Source of the DNA: a bacterium | Lineage (GTDB): Bacteria; Zhuqueibacterota; Zhuqueibacteria; Oceanimicrobiales; Oceanimicrobiaceae | Direction: 5' to 3' | Assembly (NCBI GenBank): GCA_046757025.1 | Contig: JBHHXN010000006.1 | Coordinates: 1-64,000 of the forward strand | DNA length: 64,000 nt | Shown here: in pieces, positions 1-10,650 of the stretch | How positions within the stretch are numbered: position 1 is the first letter of the stretch | How the letters are laid out: each line of letters starts with the position of its first letter | The notes under the pieces: model-generated | Databases searched by the model: none | Seen by the model: only the letters and a program-made list of their open reading frames with translations | Told to the model about the DNA's origin: nothing | Position numbers and translations under genes: made by a program

Positions 1-2
1 TG

Positions 3-2402
3 GTGGTTTTGGGTTCCAGGACCGCCCGCACCGCCATTGAAACGCCGGTGCCGGTGGATGTGATTTCCGCTGTTGAAGTCCGACAGTCGCCACAATTAGA
101 AATCAACCAGGCATTAGCCTATTTAGCGCCTTCATTCAATGCTTCCCACCAGACTATTTCAGATGGAACGGATCACGTGAACCCGGCCAGTTTACGTGGA
201 TTGGGACCGGATCAAGTGCTGGTTTTAATCAATGGGAAAAGACGTCATTCCAGCGCTCTGGTACACATCAATGGCACATTCGGACGTGGAACGGTGGGCG
301 TGGATTTGAATTCCATTCCTAAATCAGCCATTGAACGGATTGAGGTTCTGCGAGACGGCGCCTCCGCGCAATACGGCTCCGATGCCATCGCCGGTGTGAT
401 CAATATCGTGCTTAAAGAGCAAACCCAAAATATTGAAATCAATAGTATGGCGGGTACCACAGGTGAAGGCGATGGCGATCAAATTGATCTCGATGTCAAT
501 TATGGATTTAATATTGGAGATAGAGGTTATTTTAACGTGACCGGCCAATACTATGATCGAGGTCGAACCAACCGATCGGGTGAATGGACCCGGGATATCT
601 TCCCTGGTATCTCTGGCGAAGCGGCAACCAATGCCGAGTTGTCCAGATTGGGTTTGACGCGTAAGGATTTCTCGATGATCACCGGCCAGGGTAAAGCGAC
701 CGTCGGCATGTCGTTTTTCAATGCGTCATATACGCTTTCTGAAAACGCAGAACTTTATGGCTCTGGTGGTATCTCCTATCGCAAAGGCATGGCCTCTGGA
801 TTTTTTAGATTGCCTAATTCCGAAGCCCGAGTGGTTCCAGAAATCTATCCATTTGGTTTTTTACCAGAGATACATACCGAGATAATCGACCGCTCTTTTA
901 CTGCTGGATTGCGCGGTAACCGAAACGGCTGGGATATCGATTTAAGTTTGACTCATGGCGGCAATAGTTTTCAATTTAACATCGAAAACACTAATAATGC
1001 TTCTATGGGCACCGATAGTCCGACCTCTTTTGATGCGGGCCGGTTAAAATATAATCAAACCACCGGTAGCCTTGACATTGTTCGCCCCATTAATACGCAG
1101 GGCGCAGTCAATTCGCTTTCGATTGCATTTGGTGGCGAGTTCAGAATAGAGAATTACCAGCAAATTGCAGGTGATGACGCTTCCTGGATGCTCGGTAACG
1201 GAGGAGATCAGCCGGGAGTCGATTTTGACACCACCTCCACCGGCGCTCCTAAAGCTGCCGGCTCTCAGGTTTTTCCAGGATTTCAACCATCTAATGAATT
1301 GAATCGCTATCGGAACAGCATAAGTATTTACGGTGGAGTTGAAGCCGAAATAAGCGATCAGCTGCTGATCGACATTGGCGGCAGGTTTGAAAATTACAAT
1401 GATTTCGGCAAAACCGCTACTGGAAAAATAGCTGCGCGATTTGAAGTTGTTGAAGACTTCGCACTTCGTGGTGCTGTTAGTACCGGTTTTCGCGCTCCAT
1501 CCTTGCAACAGGTTTGGTTCAGCAAAGTCAGTACACAATTTGTCTTGAATGAAAATAATGTGCTGGTGCCGGCGCAAGTACTGAATGCAAACAGCAAAAG
1601 TTCAGTAACACAGGCATTTGGCATCCCGCAGCTTGACGAAGAAACTTCCGTCAATATCAGCGCGGGTTTTACTGCCAGACCTCATCCCAAATTTTCAATC
1701 ACGGCAGACGCTTATTTCATCACAATCGATGACCGCATTGTACTGACCAGTCGATTTACGAGCAGTAACCCGACTTTTGCTAGAATATTAGAACCCTTTA
1801 AGGATGCCGGCGTAAGTCAGGCACAATTCTTTTCCAATGCCGTCGATACCGAAACCAAGGGTTTAGATATCGTTGCTGCTTACTTCACGAAAATTGGGCA
1901 GGGTAAATTGGATATCACTGCGGCTGCGAATTTTACCAATACCGACGTTACCTCCATCAACGTGCCTGCTGCGTTGCGTGATCAGGTGCTGCCTGGTGAA
2001 TCGCTGGAAGCAGTTGAAGCCACCCTGTTCAACCGCGAAGAGAGAAACCGCCTGGAAGATGCTCTGCCGAGACAAAAAGCAAACCTGGCAGTGAGATATT
2101 CTCAGGGCCTTTTCAGCATTGGTGCCCGGGCCTCGTTCTTTGGTGAAATTGAATATAAACCAGTAAACGATGAAAATGATGAAACATTTGGCGCAAAAAC
2201 TCTATTGGATGTTGACATTTCTTATGAATTGTTTAATGGAGCCACTTTCACCATTGGCGCCAATAATATTTTCAATACTTTTCCGGATGAGCACCAAAAT
2301 CCAAATAACCGAAGTGGTGAAAGATTTATCTACAGCCGTCGTGTTACGCAGTTTGGTACCAATGGCGGATTTTATTACGGAAGAGTTTCTTTAGATTTAT
2401 AA
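3..2402 (+). CDS. TonB-dependent outer-membrane receptor (5' end lies outside the window)
   Basis: Plug motifs LRGLGPDQVLVLINGKRRH and IERIEVLRDGASAQYGSDAIAGVINIVLK; barrel motif STGFRAPSL; C-terminal GANNIFN...YYGRVSLDL. Confidence 0.95.
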   Translation: MVLGSRTARTAIETPVPVDVISAVEVRQSPQLEINQALAYLAPSFNASHQTISDGTDHVNPASLRGLGPDQVLVLINGKRRHSSALVHINGTFGRGTVGVDLNSIPKSAIERIEVLRDGASAQYGSDAIAGVINIVLKEQTQNIEINSMAGTTGEGDGDQIDLDVNYGFNIGDRGYFNVTGQYYDRGRTNRSGEWTRDIFPGISGEAATNAELSRLGLTRKDFSMITGQGKATVGMSFFNASYTLSENAELYGSGGISYRKGMASGFFRLPNSEARVVPEIYPFGFLPEIHTEIIDRSFTAGLRGNRNGWDIDLSLTHGGNSFQFNIENTNNASMGTDSPTSFDAGRLKYNQTTGSLDIVRPINTQGAVNSLSIAFGGEFRIENYQQIAGDDASWMLGNGGDQPGVDFDTTSTGAPKAAGSQVFPGFQPSNELNRYRNSISIYGGVEAEISDQLLIDIGGRFENYNDFGKTATGKIAARFEVVEDFALRGAVSTGFRAPSLQQVWFSKVSTQFVLNENNVLVPAQVLNANSKSSVTQAFGIPQLDEETSVNISAGFTARPHPKFSITADAYFITIDDRIVLTSRFTSSNPTFARILEPFKDAGVSQAQFFSNAVDTETKGLDIVAAYFTKIGQGKLDITAAANFTNTDVTSINVPAALRDQVLPGESLEAVEATLFNREERNRLEDALPRQKANLAVRYSQGLFSIGARASFFGEIEYKPVNDENDETFGAKTLLDVDISYELFNGATFTIGANNIFNTFPDEHQNPNNRSGERFIYSRRVTQFGTNGGFYYGRVSLDL

Positions 2403-2447
2403 TTTGCAGAACTCGTATTTTTAATTAAACTTATTTCGCTAACGTCT

Positions 2448-2490
2448 AAAAAGAAAACCCTCACAGAAAAGTCTGTGAGGGTTTTTTTTG
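2448..2490. terminator. Bidirectional intrinsic terminator
   Basis: Stem AAAACCCTCACAGA / TCTGTGAGGGTTTT with A- and T-tracts, between convergent genes. Confidence 0.9.
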
Positions 2491-2508
2491 CATTTAGTCA
2501 ATGGGAAA

Positions 2509-4512
2509 TTATTGCGGGCTTTTTTGTTGCAAATGCAGTAACCGGTTTCGTATCTGATCAATTTCCTCTAAAACCTGTGGATTAGCTAAGGCATTGCGAT
2601 TGGCCACATTTTTCCCTGCCAGGATGGCTTTAACACTGAGCTCAACCGTTTTGCCACTGCGTGTGATGGGTATTTCTGATATTTGGAAAATATGCTTTGG
2701 TACGTGTCGGGGTGAACATTTTTCTCGAATGGTTTGACGAAGCATTTTGCGGATGGCTTCGTTGATTGTTAGACTTTTGGATAAGACTACCAGCAAAACG
2801 ATGACTTCATCAGACTGATTTGGCGGTGTCCAGCCCACCACCACCGCGCCCAGAAGATTCGGAATGGGCTCGATTGCCGAGTAAATCTCCGCACTGCCGA
2901 TGCGCACGCCGCCGGGATTCAACGTGGAGTCGCTGCGTCCCAAGACAATTGCCCCACCGTCGGGTGTGAATTGCACATAATCGCCGTGCCGCCAGACGCC
3001 CGGATAATCCTCAAAATAGGCTTTACGATATTTTTTCCCGTCGGGATCGTTGAGGAACTGTATCGGCATGCTGGGCAAGGGTTTGCGACATACCAGCTCA
3101 CCCGGTTGGTTTACCACGATTTTGCCGCGCGCGTCATAGGCCTCGACGTCCACGGCTAAGCCCTTACATTGAATTTCGCCAGCCACCACCGGCAGGTTGG
3201 GATTCCCCAGAATAAAACAGGACACGATATCCGTGCCGCCGCTGATGCCGGCTAGGTGGACTTCTTTTTTGATGGTGTCATAAATCCAGCGAAAGCCGTT
3301 GGCTGAAAGGGGAGAGCCTGTGTAGAGCACGCTTTTTAAAGAGGATAATTCACCTATTTGTTTGGCGGTGAAAGCAGCTTTGCTTTTCATGCAGCTTTCG
3401 ATGAAACGGCCGCTGGTGCCAAAATGCGTGATGCCGGTTTTATCCACAAATCGCCAGATTGCCGACAAGTCTGGATAGCCCGGATTGCCATCGTAGAGTA
3501 CGATGGTCGTCCCAAGCGACAGCGCACTCAACTGCCAATTCCACATCATCCAGCCGCAGGTGGTGAAATAAAACAAAGTGTCGTCTTTGGTTAGATTGCA
3601 ATGCAATTGATGCTCTTTGCGATGCTGCATCAGGGTTCCGCCGGTGCCGTGCACCATGCATTTGGGCGCGCCGGTGGTGCCAGATGAAAACAGGATGAAT
3701 AAAGGGTGTTCAAAAGACACCGGTTCAAATTTAATTTCAGAGGTATCTGCCTCAGATAAAAACGCCTGCCAGGTGACGTCGCCATCTACATTAGCCGGCC
3801 CAACAGGGTAGGGCACAGAAACGATTTTTTCGAGGGAGGGAATTTTCCGCGGAAGTTCCTTCACCACCGCGTCCGTATGGAACGTTTTACCGCCATAACG
3901 ATAGTGCGTACTGGCAAAAATGAGTTTGGGCTGGATTTGCTGCATCCGATCACAGAGCGCAGTCAGTCCAAAATCCGGTGAAGCGCTGCTCCAGGTGGCG
4001 CCGATGCTGGCACATGCCAGGCAGGCGATGATGGCCTCCGGTACGTTCGCCAGGTAGCCAGCCACACGATCTCCCGTTTGCACACCAGATTGTTTCAGGG
4101 CGCTGGCACATTTCGCTACTTGAATTTTCAGCTCATCAAAATCAATGCAGCCTGAATATCTGTCTCCTTCCCCGACTTCTTCATCGGATGGTTCGATTTG
4201 ATAGATGATCGCCGGCCCCTGAAAGTTTCGACCCAAAATGTTTTCAGTAAAATTCAGCTTCATGCCCGAAAACCACCTTGCCTCCGGCATGTTTTGGGTG
4301 TTCAAAACCTGCTGATGCGGCTGGCGGTAGATGATACTGGTGTATTCTAAAAAATACTCCCAGAACACTTCAATATTTTCAACACTCCACTGGTGTAAAG
4401 AAGCGTAATCCGGAAAAGGCAATTTTGTTTTTTGAGTCAGATAATTGCTGAAGGCGGTCATGTTGGTGGATTGCACAAATACCGGGTCCGGTTTCCAGAG
4501 AATTTCGGACAT
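2509..4512 (-). CDS. Acetoacetate--CoA ligase (AMP-binding family)
   Basis: ILFSSGTTGAPKCMVHG, FTTCGWMMWNW, ISGGTDIVSCF, GRSDSTLNPGGVRIG; start placed at MSEILWKP (ORF track extends to 4554). Confidence 0.9.
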   Translation of the reverse strand: MSEILWKPDPVFVQSTNMTAFSNYLTQKTKLPFPDYASLHQWSVENIEVFWEYFLEYTSIIYRQPHQQVLNTQNMPEARWFSGMKLNFTENILGRNFQGPAIIYQIEPSDEEVGEGDRYSGCIDFDELKIQVAKCASALKQSGVQTGDRVAGYLANVPEAIIACLACASIGATWSSASPDFGLTALCDRMQQIQPKLIFASTHYRYGGKTFHTDAVVKELPRKIPSLEKIVSVPYPVGPANVDGDVTWQAFLSEADTSEIKFEPVSFEHPLFILFSSGTTGAPKCMVHGTGGTLMQHRKEHQLHCNLTKDDTLFYFTTCGWMMWNWQLSALSLGTTIVLYDGNPGYPDLSAIWRFVDKTGITHFGTSGRFIESCMKSKAAFTAKQIGELSSLKSVLYTGSPLSANGFRWIYDTIKKEVHLAGISGGTDIVSCFILGNPNLPVVAGEIQCKGLAVDVEAYDARGKIVVNQPGELVCRKPLPSMPIQFLNDPDGKKYRKAYFEDYPGVWRHGDYVQFTPDGGAIVLGRSDSTLNPGGVRIGSAEIYSAIEPIPNLLGAVVVGWTPPNQSDEVIVLLVVLSKSLTINEAIRKMLRQTIREKCSPRHVPKHIFQISEIPITRSGKTVELSVKAILAGKNVANRNALANPQVLEEIDQIRNRLLHLQQKSPQ

Positions 4513-4532
4513 GGCTTGCCTCCCGCGATGGA

Positions 4533-5831
4533 TCATTGATGCAGCCAATCGCACAAGTGGTCGATGGCTGTGATCAGCCTGCCACAGTGTTTTCTTAGAA
4601 AATCAAGTTCACGGCCTTTACCCATGGGAATCTGCTGTGCTGCATGCAAAGCATTTTCACCATCAAAATCCACATAAGCGATGCGGGCGGTGAGCTCTTC
4701 TGGTTGGCGGCCAAAAACCACGCCAGGTAGAACGGCCACGCCGGTGTCGTTCAGCAGCCGCCGGCATAATTCAGCGCTGGTGGTGATTCCACGTGCATGC
4801 AATCGATCCCGAAAGGGGCTGAAATCGGGGAACAAATAAAAGGCGCCCTTGGGCTCTGGTACGATCACGCCGGCTTCGGTTAATCGCTGCGCCAGAAAGC
4901 GTCCAAGCCATTTCAAAATACGTCGCGAATGAGTTAAATACTCAGTAATTTCATCACCGCCTTCAAACGCGCGAATAGCCGCATACTGAATGGGTGCCGA
5001 GGTGGCGGTGAAGGTTTCGCTGGCCACCGCCGCCATGGCGTCTCGAAGCCAGTGCAGGGAAGGTGGAAAAAGGAAGGTGCCCAAACGCCAGCCGCCGGCG
5101 CCGCACCATTTGCTCAAGCCGCTACTAATAATCGTGCCTTCCGGGTAGAAGCGAGCGATGGAAATGTGCTGTCCGTTATGATGCAATTCCCCGTAGATTT
5201 CGTCTGAGAGCAGAATGACACGATGTTTACGAGCAATTTGCGCCAGCGCTTTCAGCTCCTCCAGGCGGTAGGTGCCACCAGTAGGGTTGTTGGGATAGTT
5301 GAGAATGATGATGCGCGGCCGATCTGGGTCCGACTTGCAAATATTGGCGATTTCTTCCGGCGTCAAGCGCCAGCCATGCCCAAGATGCGTCATCAACCAG
5401 CGAATGTGCCTGCCAATGATTTCTGCCTGTGGGGCGTAAGATACCCAACTCGGCGTGGGAATCACCAGGTCTCCGTAATAGACAAGCTGCAGAAGGAACA
5501 TCAGCTCCTTAGACCCCGGGCCAATCAATACATCGTTTGCGTTGCAGTGAATGCCCTGACCGCGACAGTGATACTGCGCCACCGCTTCCCTGAGTTTGCT
5601 CAGTCCTTTAACAGGCAGATAGTCTTTTTGGTGGGCGTGCGTTTTGAGGGCTTCCACCACGGGGAGTGGAATTGGAAATGGCGACTGCCCCAATCCCAAT
5701 TTAAACACTTCACGACCTTCTTTGACGAGCCGGTCGCTCCTTTCATTGATTTCCAGCGTGGCCGATTGCGGCATACCGCGAACGTTCAAATTTAAGTTGA
5801 TATCCGGGGTGTAGTTTTTATTTGGTTTCAT
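4533..5831 (-). CDS. PLP-dependent aminotransferase class I/II (aspartate aminotransferase-like)
   Basis: NYPNNPTG, SDEIY, SGLSKWCGAGGWRLG (PLP lysine), PKGAFYLF. Confidence 0.9.
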   Translation of the reverse strand: MKPNKNYTPDINLNLNVRGMPQSATLEINERSDRLVKEGREVFKLGLGQSPFPIPLPVVEALKTHAHQKDYLPVKGLSKLREAVAQYHCRGQGIHCNANDVLIGPGSKELMFLLQLVYYGDLVIPTPSWVSYAPQAEIIGRHIRWLMTHLGHGWRLTPEEIANICKSDPDRPRIIILNYPNNPTGGTYRLEELKALAQIARKHRVILLSDEIYGELHHNGQHISIARFYPEGTIISSGLSKWCGAGGWRLGTFLFPPSLHWLRDAMAAVASETFTATSAPIQYAAIRAFEGGDEITEYLTHSRRILKWLGRFLAQRLTEAGVIVPEPKGAFYLFPDFSPFRDRLHARGITTSAELCRRLLNDTGVAVLPGVVFGRQPEELTARIAYVDFDGENALHAAQQIPMGKGRELDFLRKHCGRLITAIDHLCDWLHQ

Positions 5832-6288
5832 TTATAGATGGGTTTTTAGTAGCGACCTTGGGATTAAAATTCCAGACTTAACTATTAAGAAAATATATAA
5901 CACCAATGCTACAAAAATGAGTAATGATTGTCAAGAAAATGTTGATAATTTCTGAAAAATACTAAAATTATTTCAATAAAATAATAAACACGATACCTAC
6001 CTAAAAAACTTCCCAGTTTTTTTGAGTTATAGGGTTATGGCAAAATGAAATCGACAAATTTGATCGCAAATGGATTTTATTGCAAATTCAAACAATACTG
6101 GAAAAAATCTTTTGTGGTTTGATTAAAGTGGTGTAAAAAGACGCAAGCCAGCTACCTCGCCAACTGCTGGCTGGCGATGAGAGGAGGGAAGTCCATTGCT
6201 AATCAAAAAAGTGGAGATGAAAATCACGACTTTTTTTAATACAGCAAGCGCTTAGTCTGCCGTAAATTATGTTAGCTAAGAAAACCAG

Positions 6289-7218
6289 TTACGGATTATG
6301 GCGCTCAATGTGTGCTTCGGTTAATGAGACCGGCGTTTCTACCACCGTGAAACTGCGCGAAGCTTCCGACGTAGTTCCAGTCACATCATCCTGGACATGT
6401 ACTGTGAGGATGTATTCTCCACCACTAAAATTTTCAAGCGGAATCCGCAGACTGTGCGCTGAAGTATGACCGGGCTTGATATTCGTACGCTTAAACCGGG
6501 TGTTTTTGTCATCCTTGAGATTTTGAAAAGTGTAGTATGAGGTGTATGTGGAATTTTTATTTTCAGCTTCGATATTTAAATTGTACACTTCAAAATAAAT
6601 GAAGATGTGTTTGGACAATCCTGGCGTAAAAATTCTTCCGGCATTAGGTTCGATGTATCGCTGATTTTTAACGTACGGTTCGCCTTCTTTGGCTGGAACG
6701 ATTTTCTGGCTCAGCTGGATGTCGCTAATATGCAAACCGTCTGAGGCAAAGTTTTTCACTACTGTGTGCTCCGATAGGATGGCAGTATGTAGGGTCTCCA
6801 GATCTTTTACGACGACGTTCAGTTTGTATTCGCCCGGCTGCAATGAATATGCTAATAGCATGGTACGGGCTTTCTTTCTCGAGTTGGTTTCGCGATAGGA
6901 TTCCACTTCAACCACATCGCGATTTTCATACTGCTCAACGACCCGACCGGTTAAATCTTGTAATGAAAACGATATCTCGTACTCTGCGCGAAATCGGCCT
7001 CTATGTCTAATAAACTGCAGAGCATCGTAGCTGATCTGAACATAAAATTCAACATAGGTCTGCCCATCAATGCCCTGGAAGTTGGAGTAGTCCAGACAGA
7101 AATTCGGACCGTCGCCAATGGATCTCAACGGTGCAACAAGGTGATTTTTTGCGAACAGCGGTGGGAAAAGAAAAAACGGCAACAAAAAAATTGCCACGAA
7201 TGCAATCCTTGCTTTCAT
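6289..7218 (-). CDS. Exported hypothetical protein resembling the N-terminal beta-sandwich region of GWxTD-domain proteins, with no GWxTD motif
   Basis: Signal peptide MKARIAFVAIFLLPFFLFPPLFA; TYVEFYVQI, LQPGEYKL, LHISDIQLS, IYFEVYNL, GEYILTVHVQD segments; good RBS (GGAGGA). Confidence 0.5.
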   Translation of the reverse strand: MKARIAFVAIFLLPFFLFPPLFAKNHLVAPLRSIGDGPNFCLDYSNFQGIDGQTYVEFYVQISYDALQFIRHRGRFRAEYEISFSLQDLTGRVVEQYENRDVVEVESYRETNSRKKARTMLLAYSLQPGEYKLNVVVKDLETLHTAILSEHTVVKNFASDGLHISDIQLSQKIVPAKEGEPYVKNQRYIEPNAGRIFTPGLSKHIFIYFEVYNLNIEAENKNSTYTSYYTFQNLKDDKNTRFKRTNIKPGHTSAHSLRIPLENFSGGEYILTVHVQDDVTGTTSEASRSFTVVETPVSLTEAHIERHNP

Positions 7219-7490
7219 AATTCCTCCGTGAATTAGAAAATGTAAACTGCGGATGAACCTATTAATTGATTAGAATATTTATCGGTAATTACCTGCAAAT
7301 TGTGATGACAAAGTAAAAGAAAGTTGTGAAATAAATGCAATAAATCGTTTAATTTTTACTTTCAAATCTTGAGAGAATGATATATCGTGTACGGTTATCC
7401 AGTTAACTCAGTCATCTTCTAATAGGGTCATTTCTCGGAGAATTTTTATGCTGAAGTAATTTGAAAGGTATTCTGAATTAAGTGATGATA

Positions 7491-9275
7491 TTAGGGAAGG
7501 AGTAGTAATTTCTTGATTTGACTTGTTTTGGCTGTAGATATGCGGTAAAAATACATCCCGACGGGCAAATGATGTACCGACCATTTGGGTGCGTGATAGC
7601 CGGCAGACATTTGATGATTTATGAGAACATCCAATCTCTGACCTTTCAGGTTGAACAACTCGATTCGAACACGCGCCGCTGTTTCCAACCGAAAGGGGAG
7701 GGTCACCTCTGTGTTCAAAATCTGGTTCGATTTAATGAACGGATTGGGGTAGCTTTGTAAGAGCGCTATTTTGGTAGGCAGCGTCTGCGGGTGGGTATTT
7801 TTCACCGCGGTGGTGTGGCTGTTGGTAAACAAGAACAACAAATCATCCAGCTCATCGATGCCGGTGATGTCGAGATCGCCGTCCTGGTCGCGATCGTGGA
7901 GTACTGCACAGGATCCCGCTCGGCGCGCCTGCAGCGTTTGGGGATTCACAAAACGTCCGCTGCCGTCATTTTCATAGAGGGTCCAGTCAGCGGAATCGAA
8001 ATTGCTGGTAACGACGTCTAAATCTCCATCGCCATCCAAATCGCCTAAATCGATAGCCAGGGGAAATACACCGGTAGGGTAGATTTCGGCCGGGCGTAAA
8101 TTCCCCTGGCCATCGCCGCGCAATACCGAGAAATGATTTTGTGGCCCGTTGGCGGACACGACATCCACATGGCCGTCGTTATCCACATCTCCCACTGCGA
8201 TCATCCAGGCCGCACCGCCGGCGTCTGCTTTTGATTTCTTGGCTAAATTGCCATTGCCATCACTTAAAAGCACGGCGATTTCCTGGCTGTCGAATCCGCC
8301 GATATAAACATCCAGCAGGCCATCCTCGTTGGCGTCGGCAGATGCACAAGAGGTTTCACTACCCACGCCTGCCTCCATATACTGACTCCGCTGAAAAGTG
8401 CCATCTCCCATGTTCAACAGCAGGGAAATGTTGCTGCTTGCACGGTTTGCGGTCACAATATCCGTTGCCCCATCGCCATTTAAATCGAGCACGGTCAAAC
8501 CTCGTGTGCCTCTGCCTGCTGAGTAGGTGCGGGCATTAACGAGTAAGCCGGAGCCAGAACCTTCAAACACGGTTACCGAGTTGCCATTAATATTTCCCAC
8601 TGCGAAGTCGATTAAACCGTCGCCATTGAAATCAGCCCCTTCATTTGTACTCGGTTTAACATTGCCTGCTAATTGATAAATCGAAAAGTCACGATAATGG
8701 CCTGCACCGTCATTGAGAAATATCCTGATATCACTGGCATCCTCATTGGGAACCGTGAAATCATGAAATCCGTCGCCGTTTAAATCGCCTGCGTAGGCGC
8801 CGTATGTGCGAATTCCGCTTTCGCCGGCTCGACGAACTGGTATTACTTGAGTTTCGGTGAATTCCAGCCGTCCCACTTCTGCCTTTGTCCAGAAATTCCA
8901 GGAATATCCCGTTGACATGGGTTGCCCGGATGCACTCAGTATGTTTTTTGATAAAGTGACTGTCACCCACTCGCCCGCCGAAATGGTTTTTTGCGGGATA
9001 AATCGCACCTGATGCCGATTCTCTTCAAACAACACCTTTCCGGCACAAACGCCCGTCCAGCGGCCAAAGACCGAAAAGGAATGGGCGTCCACGCTCAGGG
9101 TGTCGATGGGCGAGTCAAAGCCGACAACGATTTCCAGATCGTTACGGTCGATCATAGTTTGCGGTTGGGGATGTACAAACGTCACCGGCGGGGTGTGCTG
9201 TTTTGTCCGGGCAATGGGGCTGAAACTGCATATCAAAATTAACGCAGCACAAAAGAAATGTTTGGATGTTATCAT
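7491..9275 (-). CDS. Secreted FG-GAP/VCBS-repeat protein with N-terminal Ig-like domain and C-terminal Por/T9SS-like sorting domain
   Basis: Repeated GDLNGDG/ADFNGDG/GDLDGDGDLD motifs; C-terminal LLQSYPNPF...IELFNLKGQ...GMYFYRI...KKLLLLP; start at MITSKH is inferred. Confidence 0.85.
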   Translation of the reverse strand: MITSKHFFCAALILICSFSPIARTKQHTPPVTFVHPQPQTMIDRNDLEIVVGFDSPIDTLSVDAHSFSVFGRWTGVCAGKVLFEENRHQVRFIPQKTISAGEWVTVTLSKNILSASGQPMSTGYSWNFWTKAEVGRLEFTETQVIPVRRAGESGIRTYGAYAGDLNGDGFHDFTVPNEDASDIRIFLNDGAGHYRDFSIYQLAGNVKPSTNEGADFNGDGLIDFAVGNINGNSVTVFEGSGSGLLVNARTYSAGRGTRGLTVLDLNGDGATDIVTANRASSNISLLLNMGDGTFQRSQYMEAGVGSETSCASADANEDGLLDVYIGGFDSQEIAVLLSDGNGNLAKKSKADAGGAAWMIAVGDVDNDGHVDVVSANGPQNHFSVLRGDGQGNLRPAEIYPTGVFPLAIDLGDLDGDGDLDVVTSNFDSADWTLYENDGSGRFVNPQTLQARRAGSCAVLHDRDQDGDLDITGIDELDDLLFLFTNSHTTAVKNTHPQTLPTKIALLQSYPNPFIKSNQILNTEVTLPFRLETAARVRIELFNLKGQRLDVLINHQMSAGYHAPKWSVHHLPVGMYFYRISTAKTSQIKKLLLLP

Positions 9276-9319
9276 AAATTCAAAATTTAAACAACTGAGG
9301 AACGGACACGAAGCGCCGA

Positions 9320-10435
9320 TCAAAGTGAGAATGCCCGCGTCTCAAATTGCAGCTCATTTTCCACCTCGCCCGTAAGAAACAATTGGTCTTCCAGCCAGGC
9401 GGCGCTGCGGCACCATGGGGGAACATCCGCAAGTACCACCTGCCATTTTGAGTTTTTTAGCAGCAGGATTTTACCTGCCGGTTCGCCGGGCATCAGCACC
9501 AGCGGGGTGGCATCATTCGCGGTTTTAACCAGACGCGGCGTTCTCACGAAACTCCCATCTTTGGTGGCGTGCAGCAAAACTTGCGGCTCGCTTGCGCTGT
9601 CTGAAATGGCTAACAAACGCATTTCATCCGTGGAGCCATCCAACCAGAGCGTCCAATCCTGGTACGCGATGGGACCCAGCGACGGGCAGCCTGTAATTTC
9701 CCACAGCGCCGGACCCAATTGTTTGGGCTCGCTAAAATCCCTGGCAGAAATCTGCGTTATTTTGAAGATGTCTCTAAATCCCGCAGGCATGCTATTTCTA
9801 AATACAACCTGAATAGCGCCGTTATTTCCACGACTGATATACGGGCGGCAACAACCGCAGACGCTGCTTGCCTGTTGGGCAGTGAGGTTGCGTTCCTGGA
9901 AACGACCATTTTGGCCAAAAGCATAATAAAGATCCGCGGGTTCTTCATGCCCTGGTTTAGCGGGTCGGGGGTCAAGCCAAACACAGTGCAAGCCGCCTGC
10001 CTGGTCAAAGGATGCTGTGACAAACGATTGCATGGCGCGAGTGGTGTCCTGGTTCAATTTAACAGACGGCGCAAAGCTTCTGCCGAAATCTTTGCTGACG
10101 GCTGCCCGCACATCCCAATTGCGGTCGGTCCAGGCGACAGCAATGAGTCCATCAGGTCCGGTGGCGATACTGGCGCGCATCTCTTCGAAATTGTTGGAAT
10201 TGACTACGCCGGGTGCTTGATTCACCCGCACCGGTTCGGAAAAGTTTTGACCCATTCTCCATTTCGCAATAAACAGGTCCGAAGATTTTCCAGACGTCTG
10301 ACGCCAGAGGAGGAGCAGGCTGCCATCCGATGCCACTGCCAATTGCGGATGGTAAATATTTTGACTGTTAAACTTCTTTTCACAAGCAGTAAAAAACAGA
10401 CTTATTTGCAGAATAATAATCATGAAAGTTTTCAT
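9320..10435 (-). CDS. BNR/sialidase-like beta-propeller lipoprotein with CxCC motif
   Basis: Lipobox FFTAC after MKTFMII; Asp-box SKDFGRSF; VCGCC and ITGCPSLGP motifs. Confidence 0.65.
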   Translation of the reverse strand: MKTFMIIILQISLFFTACEKKFNSQNIYHPQLAVASDGSLLLLWRQTSGKSSDLFIAKWRMGQNFSEPVRVNQAPGVVNSNNFEEMRASIATGPDGLIAVAWTDRNWDVRAAVSKDFGRSFAPSVKLNQDTTRAMQSFVTASFDQAGGLHCVWLDPRPAKPGHEEPADLYYAFGQNGRFQERNLTAQQASSVCGCCRPYISRGNNGAIQVVFRNSMPAGFRDIFKITQISARDFSEPKQLGPALWEITGCPSLGPIAYQDWTLWLDGSTDEMRLLAISDSASEPQVLLHATKDGSFVRTPRLVKTANDATPLVLMPGEPAGKILLLKNSKWQVVLADVPPWCRSAAWLEDQLFLTGEVENELQFETRAFSL

Positions 10436-10650
10436 GGCAGGATTAATTGGTCTGTATGGTGATTTCTTTTTAGTTATGATACGAAATGTGCTGTTTTCAG
10501 CATGAGAAACGATTGAATGCATTCGATTCTTTTTTAACGCCTATCTCGCTTGTGTTCATCAACATGACTCCTTACCTGCTGAAAAAAATCAGATATTTTT
10601 GTAGATTTGATTTTGAGAAAAGGATCAACTAATTTACAAATGGATGAAAG

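Noticed and set aside
9719..10462. 247-aa plus-strand ORF, and similar long antisense ORFs at 5223-5795 and 43226-43975
   Set aside because: Fully overlap well-supported genes on the opposite strand
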